A DNA stretch of 24,872 nucleotides from Actinomycetota bacterium (GTDB lineage Bacteria > Actinomycetota > Acidimicrobiia > Spongiisociales > UBA11373): contig JAUYIV010000204.1 of NCBI GenBank assembly GCA_030688105.1, positions 1-24,872 of the forward strand, given 5' to 3'. This document shows, one piece after another, positions 1 to 8,467 of the stretch. The position numbers and the translations under genes are program-made. The notes under the pieces were generated by a model, which worked only from the letters and a program-made list of their open reading frames with translations, did not search any database and was not told where the DNA came from. The first letter of the stretch is position 1; each line of letters opens with the position of its first letter.

Positions 1-500
1 ATCCAGCCGACGTACATCAGGGCCTCGGCGTTGGGCCCACGCTCCAGGAGGTACATGTAGTGGGGGAGGGCGGACGAGAAGTCGCCGGCCTCGACGTACC
101 TTCGGGCGAGGGCGAGGCGCATGGGCACCACGTCGGGGTTGGCGGCCACCACGCCCTCCAGCTCCTGGTCGGTCACCGAGGAGAGATCGAACGCCGCGGT
201 GGTCCCCGATGGGTCGGAATCGACCGCGTTGGCCAGGCCGACGACCGCAACCGTCGCCCCCATGGCGAACACGGCCAGGCCGATGGCGATGCGTCGGGGC
301 GACCTGCCGGGCCGCGGTTCGGGCCGTGGCTCGTCGATCTCGCTCAGGACCTCGGCCAGCTCGACCTCGTAGCGACGCCGCAGCTCGGCGGCGGTCTCGG
401 CGTCGATCTCCCCGATGGCGTCCTGGGCGTCGAGGTCGCGGAGGTCGGCGACGATGCGGTCGCGGCGCTCTTCGAGGGTGCTCACCGAGGGCTCGGTCAC
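1..500 (-). CDS. CcmI/CycH-like membrane-anchored TPR protein, 3'-truncated by the window edge
   Basis: Not in the ORF track. Hand translation from GTG at 500 (GTGA overlap with the ccmH stop) is open to the edge: MTEPSVSTLEERRDRIVADLRDLDAQDAIGEIDAETAAELRRRYEVE..., a TM helix (IAIGLAVFAMGATVAVVGLA), then TPR-like helices (PMRLALARRYVEAGDFSSALPHY...NAEALMYVGW). Directly follows ccmH. Confidence 0.7.
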   Translation of the reverse strand, partial: MTEPSVSTLEERRDRIVADLRDLDAQDAIGEIDAETAAELRRRYEVELAEVLSEIDEPRPEPRPGRSPRRIAIGLAVFAMGATVAVVGLANAVDSDPSGTTAAFDLSSVTDQELEGVVAANPDVVPMRLALARRYVEAGDFSSALPHYMYLLERGPNAEALMYVGW

Positions 501-944
501 GAGGCGTCGCCTCGCAGTGCCGCCTCGACGCGCCGGCGCTCCTCCGGTGTCAGCTGGCGAGTCGATCGACTGCGGCGCCGGCGGCCGAGGATGATCACGG
601 TCCCGATGGCGAGGGCGACCAGGGGAGCGATCCAGAGGAACGCAGTGCGGCCCCCGGCGGGAGGGTCGAGCAGCACGCGTTCGCCGTAGGTGGCGATGAA
701 GAAGTCGATGATCTCCTGGTCGGTCCAGCCGTCGGCGACCTGCTCGGCGATGAGGTCCTGCAGGTCGCGGGCGATGGCGCTGGGCGAGTCGGCGATCGAT
801 TCGGTGTCGCACACCGGGCAGCGGAGCTTGGAGGCGAGGGCGTCGACCCGGTCCCGCGGCGACGGGTCTTCGGTGGCAAGGATCCCAACGATGGTCGCCA
901 GCGAGGCGCCGATCACGACGGCGGCGATCCAGGTGCGGGCCCGG

Positions 945-952
<8 letters not shown>
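497..952 (-). CDS. ccmH: Cytochrome c-type biogenesis protein CcmH (151 aa)
   Basis: LRCPVC motif, QSIADS-like ESIADS, FFIATYGERVLLDPP and a C-terminal TM helix. Start reassigned to GTG at 952 (8-nt overlap with the ccmF end); the ORF-track extension to 1060 lies inside ccmF. Confidence 0.9.
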
Positions 953-2890
<1,938 letters not shown>

Positions 2891-2894
<4 letters not shown>

Positions 2895-3310
2895 GGGCTC
2901 GGATACCTCGAGTCGGGCGTGTAGACCCCGCCGTCCTCCGTCCGGTACTGCTCGTCGTGCTTGATGATCATGGAGTCGGAGTGGAAGATCACCCCGTCCC
3001 AGGTGCCCTCGACGACGACCCCGATCCCTTCGCGGAAGAGTTGCTGCGGCGCACCCTGGTGGGCGACGTTGACGGTGGCCTGGCCGTCGGTGACATCGAA
3101 CGTGACGCTCGCCCCGTCATCGACGATGGACCCCGGGACCACCTGGCCTCCGAGGCGGAAGCGTCCCGCTCCCACCCGTCCGGCATCGGCGAGGACGTCC
3201 GATGGCGTCTGGTAATAGACGAGGTCTTGGCCGATGTTCGCCACGAGGAACCCCGTCAGCACCGCGACCAGTCCCAGCGCCGCCACGACGAACCAGCGGT
3301 AACGCCTCAT
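2891..3310 (-). CDS. ccmE: Heme chaperone CcmE (139 aa)
   Basis: N-terminal TM anchor, LVYYQTP, FRLGGQV, LFREGIGVVVEG and heme-binding HxxxY motif KHDEQY; ATG at 3310. Confidence 0.95.
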
Positions 3311-3426
3311 CGTCCGTCCCGGGCCCGGCGAACCCGGCGAATCCGGCCGGACATCGACAAGAGGTACGTCCCCAGCGTCCCGTACACCAGCACGTAGGCG
3401 ATCGTCACCCATCCCCAGTCACTCAT
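3307..3426 (-). CDS. ccmD: Heme exporter protein D-like small membrane protein (39 aa)
   Basis: Hand translation: MSDWGWVTIAYVLVYGTLGTYLLSMSGRIRRVRRARDGR*. Aromatic/hydrophobic N-terminus and basic C-tail; ATGA overlaps with both the ccmC stop and the ccmE start; canonical ccmC-D-E position. Confidence 0.82.
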   Translation of the reverse strand: MSDWGWVTIAYVLVYGTLGTYLLSMSGRIRRVRRARDGR

Positions 3427-4136
3427 GCGCCTTCCCCTCGGGGCTGCGGGCCGACCACTGCAGACCCGGCGACCGGTTCCTCGATTCGCACCGTCGTCAG
3501 AAGAGCGTCCTCGGCCCCGGCGAGCTCGACGCGCCTGCGCAGCAGGGCCACGTACAGCACCGTGAACGCCGCCACCGCCATGAGGAGGGCAAAGAGCAGT
3601 GGAGGGTCGATCTGGGGCTCACCGGGCCGGAGGATCGTCGGCGGCTGGTGAAGGCTCCGCCACCAGACGACCGAGAAATGGACGACTGGTATCTGCAACG
3701 CGGCGACGATGCCGAAGACGGCGGAGCGCTTGCCGCGGATGACGGGGTCGTCGGTGGTCCTCCTCAGGGCGAGATACGCCAAGTAGACGAAGAACATCGC
3801 CGCCGTCAGCACTAGCCGGGCATCCCACGTCCACCACACCCCCCAGACCGGCTTCCCCCACAGCATCCCGGTGGCGAGGGCGAGCCCGGTGAAGACCACA
3901 CCGATCTCGGCGGAGGCGCCGGCGCGCCGGTCCCAGCGAAGGTCCCGCGTCCTCAGGTGCGCCAGGCTGGCGATGAGGGTCACGCCGAAGGCGAGGTAGG
4001 CCAGCCAGGCCGAGGGCACGTGCACGTACATGATCCGCTGCACGTCACCCTGTACCGCATCGGGTGGGACGACGAGGCCGGTGACGAGCGCGGTCAGCAT
4101 CGTCCCGGCGGCGGCGATCTCGATCGGCCTCTTCAC
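3423..4136 (-). CDS. ccmC: Heme exporter/heme delivery protein CcmC (237 aa)
   Basis: IMYVHVP, WWD motif WGKPVWGVWWTWDARL, VHFSVVWWRSLHQ; GTG at 4136 overlaps the ccmB stop and has an upstream GGAGGA. Confidence 0.95.
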   Translation of the reverse strand: MKRPIEIAAAGTMLTALVTGLVVPPDAVQGDVQRIMYVHVPSAWLAYLAFGVTLIASLAHLRTRDLRWDRRAGASAEIGVVFTGLALATGMLWGKPVWGVWWTWDARLVLTAAMFFVYLAYLALRRTTDDPVIRGKRSAVFGIVAALQIPVVHFSVVWWRSLHQPPTILRPGEPQIDPPLLFALLMAVAAFTVLYVALLRRRVELAGAEDALLTTVRIEEPVAGSAVVGPQPRGEGA

Positions 4137-4792
4137 CTCGACGATTCCTCCAGGAGTCTGGCGGTGAGTACCCCCGCGAGCGCCAGGACGACGTCGACCA
4201 GCGCCAACACGAGGATCCAGCGGAGGATACCGGCCCCCAACCGCAAGCCTTCCGTGGCCTGAGCAGCCCCGAGCAAGATGGGAATCGCCAGGGGCGCCAC
4301 GAGGAGCGGGGCGAGGGCTCCGCCGCCGTCGGTCACCGATCCGGCGATCGTCCCCAGCATCGCCAACCCGATGGCGACCAGGGGGAGCACCAACGCCAGC
4401 CATCCCCAGCCGACGACGACCGGGTCGTAGAGCACGATCATCACCAACCCGACCCCGATCTCGAAGAGGAGCAGGAGAAGGGCGCTCGCCGCGGCGGTTG
4501 CCGCGAATCTGGCGGCGGGGTCGACCCCCAGAAGGACCAGAGCATCGCGGTGGGACGGGGTGGACGATGCCGTACTTCGCTGGGTGACGACGACTCCGAA
4601 GAGCAGGACGACCGCCCAGTACATCCCGGGCCCGATGCGCGCCAGCAGTGTCGTCTCGATGCCAACGGCCATGGGGATCACAAGCAGGGCGATCGAGCCG
4701 AAGGGGATCACCACCGCGATCACTTCGCCGGTGCGCAGCTCGTCGCGCAGCTGGAACCCCAGCAGCAAGGCTGCCTGGCGCCACAGGGTCAT
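4133..4792 (-). CDS. ccmB: Heme exporter permease CcmB (219 aa)
   Basis: About six hydrophobic segments, LLVAPLAIPILL motif typical of CcmB, located between ccmA and ccmC with overlaps at both ends. Confidence 0.88.
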   Translation of the reverse strand: MTLWRQAALLLGFQLRDELRTGEVIAVVIPFGSIALLVIPMAVGIETTLLARIGPGMYWAVVLLFGVVVTQRSTASSTPSHRDALVLLGVDPAARFAATAAASALLLLLFEIGVGLVMIVLYDPVVVGWGWLALVLPLVAIGLAMLGTIAGSVTDGGGALAPLLVAPLAIPILLGAAQATEGLRLGAGILRWILVLALVDVVLALAGVLTARLLEESSR

Positions 4793-5442
4793 CTCCCGAC
4801 CTCCGTGATGCGACCGTCGGCCAGTGTCAGCGATCGGTCGATCAGGCCCCCAACCCGCTCGCGCTCGTGGGAGACGATCACGACCCCGCCGCCGCGGCCG
4901 GTGACCGACTCGACGATGTGGGCGACGAGGTCCCCGGCAGCCGGATCGAGGCCGACGTGGGCTTCATCGAGAAGGAGGAGATCGGGCGCGGCGAGCATGA
5001 CGCGGGCGAACTCGGCCCGACGGCGCATCCCGTTCGAGCAGACCGCAGCGCGACGGCCCGACGCCCCCGAAAGACCGACCGCCTCCAACGACCGGGTGGC
5101 GTCATCGACACCGCGGCCGGCCAGCAAAGCCAGGAGCCGCAGGTTCTCGCCCAGGGTCAGGTTGGCGACGAGTGCGGGATCGTGAGCGACGAGAGCGATC
5201 CTGGGGCGGACCCGTTCGACGGCGTCGGTCCCCAGGGAGGCGCCGAGCACGGTCCCGCCGCCCGAGCTGGGGCGGGTGAGGGTGGCGAGGACCCTGAGCA
5301 GGGTCGTCTTGCCCGAGCCGTTTGCCCCGAAGAGACCCACCGCCTCGCCCGATCGCAGTTCGAGCGAGACCTCGCGCAGGATCAGTGCGCCCGGGCGGCG
5401 CACCGCGATGCCCTCGACGGCGACGATCGGGTCCTCGGGCAT
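4789..5442 (-). CDS. ccmA: Heme ABC exporter ATP-binding protein CcmA (217 aa)
   Basis: Walker A GANGSGKTT, degenerate signature CSNGMRRR, Walker B LLLLDE, H-loop IVSH; ATG at 5442 (MPEDPIVAVE). Confidence 0.92.
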   Translation of the reverse strand: MPEDPIVAVEGIAVRRPGALILREVSLELRSGEAVGLFGANGSGKTTLLRVLATLTRPSSGGGTVLGASLGTDAVERVRPRIALVAHDPALVANLTLGENLRLLALLAGRGVDDATRSLEAVGLSGASGRRAAVCSNGMRRRAEFARVMLAAPDLLLLDEAHVGLDPAAGDLVAHIVESVTGRGGGVVIVSHERERVGGLIDRSLTLADGRITEVGR

Positions 5443-5449
5443 GGCGGCG

Positions 5450-5455
5450 AGTCTA
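5450..5455 (-). promoter_or_regulatory. Candidate -10 box TAGACT of a leaderless ccm transcript
   Basis: TANNNT hexamer 7 nt before the ccmA ATG; no Shine-Dalgarno sequence in between. Confidence 0.6.
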
Positions 5456-5459
5456 AGAA

Positions 5460-5493
5460 GCCTCCAGCCTCCAGCCTCCAGCCTCCAGCAAGA
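5460..5493 (+). repeat. Heptamer array (GCCTCCA)x4 ending in GCAAGA
   Basis: Read directly: gcctcca x4 (5460-5487) followed by gcaaga (5488-5493). Confidence 0.95.
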
Positions 5494-5502
5494 ACAGATC
5501 CC

Positions 5503-5522
5503 GCCGCCCGTCGCCCGCAAGA
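5503..5522 (+). repeat. Short heptamer array GCCGCCC-GTCGCCC ending in GCAAGA
   Basis: Read directly; same register relative to GCAAGA as the neighbouring arrays. Confidence 0.75.
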
Positions 5523-5528
5523 AGGCCC

Positions 5529-5548
5529 GCCACCCGCCTCCGGCAAGA
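5529..5548 (+). repeat. Short heptamer array GCCACCC-GCCTCCG ending in GCAAGA
   Basis: 5526-5548 matches 8429-8451 at 22 of 23 positions. Confidence 0.8.
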
Positions 5549-5563
5549 GCGGATCCATCTCTT

Positions 5564-5604
5564 TCTTGCCCATTGCTCATTGCCCATTGCCCATTGCCCA
5601 TTGC
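5564..5604 (-). repeat. Heptamer array (GCAATGR)x5 ending in GCAAGA
   Basis: Plus strand reads tcttgc ccattgc tcattgc ccattgc ccattgc ccattgc; degenerate 7-nt periodicity continues to about 5627. Confidence 0.95.
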
Positions 5605-5623
5605 CCTATTCCGTATTGCTTCT

Positions 5624-5632
5624 TGGTAGCGT
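5624..5632 (+). promoter_or_regulatory. Candidate extended -10 (TGG-TAGCGT) for the dehydratase gene
   Basis: TGn-TANNNT 8 nt before the GTG at 5641; no Shine-Dalgarno sequence. Confidence 0.5.
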
Positions 5633-5640
5633 CGCCCTTC

Positions 5641-6609
5641 GTGGATCTCTCTCCGCCCACCATCGACGATGTGCGCCAGGCGTGGTCCCTGGTCCGCGGC
5701 CTGGTCCTGCGGACTCCGCTGATCGAGTCTCCGGACCTCTCGGACCGAGTCGGCCGTCGCGTGCTCCTCAAACTCGAGACGCTGCAGCGAACCGGATCGT
5801 TCAAGTACCGAGGCGCCATGACCTTCCTGTCGATGATGACCGAAGAGGCCCGCGCCCGGGGGGTGGTGGCCTACTCCTCCGGGAACCACGCCCAGGCGGT
5901 GGCAGCGGCGGCAGCCCACTTCGGGGTCTCGGCGATCATCGTGATGCCGAGCGACGCCCCGGAGATGAAGGCGAGGCGGACTCGAGAATGGGGCGCCGAG
6001 ATCGTCGAGTACGACCGTGCAACCGACGATCGCGCCGCGATCAGTGCCGGCATCGCCCACCGCACCGGAGCGGCAATCATCCCGCCGTACGAACATCCCT
6101 GGACCATCGCCGGGCAGGGGACCACCGGACTCGAGTTGGCCGAGCAATGCCGCGCCGTCGACGTGCTCGACCCGGTGGTGCTCGTCCCCACCGGCGGGGG
6201 TGGCCTCACCGCCGGCATCGCGTTGGCCTTGTCGGCCGACCTGCCCGATGCTCGAGTCCATACCGTGGAGCCGGTGGACTTCGATGACTATGCGCGCTCG
6301 CTCGCCACCGGGGAGCGAGTCGGGATCGCCCAGCCCACCGGCTCGATCTGCGACGCCCTCCTGGCCCCGATGCCCGGGGAGATCAGCTTCGCGATAAACC
6401 GGAGGCTCGTCGCCGGCGCGGAGACCGTCACCGACGACGAGGTACGAGTGGCGATCGCCTACGCCTTCGAAGATCTCAAGCTCGTGGTCGAGCCGGGCGG
6501 ATCAGTCGGCCTGGCCCTTCTCCTGGCGGGCCGCGCCCCGGGTACCGGCCCATGCGTGGCGGTGCTGTCGGGAGGCAACGTCGACCCGGTGATGCTCCTG
6601 AGCAAGTAG
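5641..6609 (+). CDS. PLP-dependent threonine/serine dehydratase family protein without ACT domain (322 aa)
   Basis: LKLETLQRTGSFKYRGA (PLP lysine), SSGNHAQA, AGQGT, VPTGGGGL, VVEPGG, LSGGNVD. True start GTG 5641; the ORF-track extension from 4648 is antisense to ccmA/B. Exact substrate cannot be determined from sequence. Confidence 0.9.
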   Translation: MDLSPPTIDDVRQAWSLVRGLVLRTPLIESPDLSDRVGRRVLLKLETLQRTGSFKYRGAMTFLSMMTEEARARGVVAYSSGNHAQAVAAAAAHFGVSAIIVMPSDAPEMKARRTREWGAEIVEYDRATDDRAAISAGIAHRTGAAIIPPYEHPWTIAGQGTTGLELAEQCRAVDVLDPVVLVPTGGGGLTAGIALALSADLPDARVHTVEPVDFDDYARSLATGERVGIAQPTGSICDALLAPMPGEISFAINRRLVAGAETVTDDEVRVAIAYAFEDLKLVVEPGGSVGLALLLAGRAPGTGPCVAVLSGGNVDPVMLLSK

Positions 6610-6662
6610 CCGCCCGTCGCCCGTCGCCCGTCGAATCAAGAGTCAAGAATCAAGAATCAAGA
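6609..6662 (+). repeat. Fused heptamer arrays (GYCGCCC)x3-GTCG followed by (ARTCAAG)x4-A
   Basis: Read directly: gccgccc gtcgccc gtcgccc gtcg aatcaag agtcaag aatcaag aatcaag a. Confidence 0.92.
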
Positions 6663-6719
6663 CAGTCACCCGTAGTTGGCTCTCGGCTGCTCTTGGCTGG
6701 GCCGTCGCCCGCTTCCTTG

Positions 6720-6746
6720 TCTTGCTGGAGGCTGGAGGCTGGAGGC
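6720..6746 (-). repeat. Heptamer array (GCCTCCA)x3 ending in GCAAGA
   Basis: Plus strand tcttgc tggaggc x3; exact 27-nt inverted copy of 5467-5493. Confidence 0.95.
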
Positions 6747-6750
6747 TTCC

Positions 6751-8379
6751 CTAGACCGCGATCCTCTCGAGTTGCCTGACTGGGTGGGCGGGCAACCCGA
6801 GCGGTCCGTCGGCGTCCTCGAGAGTGACTCCCTCTCCGGTGAGCCAGCGCCACACCAGGTGGGCCTCCTCGGAGTCCATCACCGACCGGGCCACGTCGAC
6901 CAGGGGATGATCAGGCTCGGTCCGGGGCAGCAGCGGCGGGCGGTTCCCGTCAGGCCAGGAGAGGAGCAGGCGCCCCCGGTCGATGAGGGCCCCGCCGTCG
7001 GGACCGGTGGCTCGGATGGTGCCGGCGCGCTGCAGCGCCGCCCAGGCTCTTCGCCGCTCGAGGGTGCGGGCCAGGGCGCGGTGCCGATCCCGAACCCAGG
7101 CAGCCTCTTCGAAGCGGGCCGCCCGGGCGTGCTCGGTGATCTTTCGCCCGAGCGGTTCGAGGAGGAGAGCCGGGTCATGCTCCACTCCGGCCACCAGCCG
7201 ATCAACGATCGGGGCGTAGTCGGACTCGGACAGCGACCCGTCACACGGACACAGCGCCGCCCCGAGCTGGGCGAATGCACAGGGGGCGGATCGGCTCCCC
7301 GGGGGGTGGGTGCAGCGGCGGATCGGGACGGCGTCCCAGATCGCTTCGATCACTGCCCTCGCCGCCGCAGTGCCCCGGAACGGTCCGAGGTGGAACCGGG
7401 CATCGGCGGAGACCGTGCGGGCCAGCGACAGGCGAGGAAAGGCGTCGTCGGTGAGCCGGACCCAGTGCGACGACTTCGGGGGCTTCGATCTGCGATTGTG
7501 CCGGGGGCGGTGGGCGAAGATGAGCCGCAGCTCGGTCACCTCCGCCTCGAGCTCCGTCGCGCACACCCGATGGTCGATGGAGTCGAGCTCGCGCAGCATC
7601 TGCTCGATCGACCGCCTGGTGTCGCCGTAGAAGTAGGAGCGGACCCGGGAGCGAAGGTCCTTGGCCTTCCCGATGTAGAACACCTCGCCTCTCCGGTCAC
7701 GGAACAGGTAGACACCGGGGCGGCGGGGGAGCCCTTCGGTGAGGCGGAGCTTCCCGTAGCTCGCCCTGCCGCGGGCGGTCGGCATGGCCAGGAGGTCATC
7801 GAGGTGGGTCACCCCGATTGTGCCGGCGCGCTCGAGAAGGCCCCAGAGGACGTGGGCCGTGGCTCGAGCATCGTCGAGAGCCCGGTGGTTGGGGGTCACC
7901 GGAGAACGGAAATGAGCGGCGAGGCTCCCCAGACGGAGATCCCTGATCTCGGATTGCACCAGCCGACGAGCCAGGCCGAGAGTGTCGACGGACCGGTTGG
8001 GCATTGCGCCATACCCGTGGGCCCCGGATGCGGCGTTGAGGAACCCGAGGTCGTACCGGACGTTGTGGCCGACGACCACCGCATCGCCGAGGAACTCGAG
8101 AAAGGTGGGGAGCACCTCGGCGAGCCGGGGTGCCTCCACGACCATCGCCTGGGTGATCCCCGTCAAGATGGTGATGAATGGGGGGATCGGCCCGCCCGGG
8201 TTCACCAGGGTCTGGAACGTGCCTTCCAGGATGCCCCCGCGGTAGCGGAGCGCTCCGATCTCCGTTATGCCCAGCCCGGCGGCGGCGCCCCCGGTGGTCT
8301 CGATGTCGAGGACGCAGAACGGGACCTCGGAAAGCGGGGCTCCCAGGTCGTCGAAGGATCGCTGGACACCGAGCGGCAC
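6751..8379 (-). CDS. DEDDh 3'-5' exonuclease fused to a GIY-YIG/UvrC-like domain (Rv2191-like DnaQ-UvrC protein, 542 aa)
   Basis: ExoI VLDIETTG, ExoII GHNVRYDLGFL, ExoIII HRALDDARAT; GIY-YIG GVYLFRD...FYIGKAKDLRSRVRSYF; UVR-like RFEEAAWVRDR. Confidence 0.92.
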   Translation of the reverse strand: MPLGVQRSFDDLGAPLSEVPFCVLDIETTGGAAAGLGITEIGALRYRGGILEGTFQTLVNPGGPIPPFITILTGITQAMVVEAPRLAEVLPTFLEFLGDAVVVGHNVRYDLGFLNAASGAHGYGAMPNRSVDTLGLARRLVQSEIRDLRLGSLAAHFRSPVTPNHRALDDARATAHVLWGLLERAGTIGVTHLDDLLAMPTARGRASYGKLRLTEGLPRRPGVYLFRDRRGEVFYIGKAKDLRSRVRSYFYGDTRRSIEQMLRELDSIDHRVCATELEAEVTELRLIFAHRPRHNRRSKPPKSSHWVRLTDDAFPRLSLARTVSADARFHLGPFRGTAAARAVIEAIWDAVPIRRCTHPPGSRSAPCAFAQLGAALCPCDGSLSESDYAPIVDRLVAGVEHDPALLLEPLGRKITEHARAARFEEAAWVRDRHRALARTLERRRAWAALQRAGTIRATGPDGGALIDRGRLLLSWPDGNRPPLLPRTEPDHPLVDVARSVMDSEEAHLVWRWLTGEGVTLEDADGPLGLPAHPVRQLERIAV

Positions 8380-8385
8380 CCGCCG

Positions 8386-8414
8386 AGGCTAGGGCGAACA
8401 CCTGTTCGATACAA
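8386..8414 (-). promoter_or_regulatory. Sigma70-type promoter TTGTAT-N17-TAGCCT, leaderless
   Basis: -35 at 8409-8414, 17-nt spacer, -10 at 8386-8391, 6 nt before the GTG at 8379. Confidence 0.75.
8394..8409. promoter_or_regulatory. LexA (SOS) box CGAAC-N4-GTTCG
   Basis: Perfect palindromic arms CGAAC (8395-8399) and GTTCG (8404-8408); minus strand reads TCGAACAGGTGTTCGC; matches the Gram-positive/actinobacterial LexA consensus and lies upstream of a repair gene. Confidence 0.88.
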
Positions 8415-8424
8415 GAACGCCCCC

Positions 8425-8451
8425 GCCTCCCGCCACCCGCCTCCAGCAAGA
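8425..8451 (+). repeat. Heptamer array GCCTCCC-GCCACCC-GCCTCCA ending in GCAAGA
   Basis: Read directly; intergenic; same family as 5529-5548. Confidence 0.85.
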
Positions 8452-8467
8452 CGGCGCTCCGGCCGCT

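Noticed and set aside
3320-3345. 9-nt near-duplication CCCGGCGAA x2
   Set aside because: It encodes the Arg-rich tail of ccmD; short, GC-rich and unrelated to the heptamer family.
5460-5548. Three GCAAGA-ended modules at 26-29 nt spacing, resembling a mini CRISPR array
   Set aside because: The constant part is only 6 nt, the intervening parts are related low-complexity heptamers rather than unique spacers, and no cas genes are present.
4648-5640. Apparent N-terminal extension of the dehydratase ORF, and of the CcmA ORF to 6261
   Set aside because: Both extensions run through the opposite gene and translate the heptamer repeats (PPASSLQ, IAHCPLP); family homology starts at 5641 and 5442 respectively.
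5450-6756. GTCTA just outside both inverted repeat copies, suggesting longer terminal inverted repeats
   Set aside because: Independently explained by the ccmA -10 box on the left and the GTC-TAG stop of the DnaQ-UvrC gene on the right; the spacing differs and no target-site duplication is seen.
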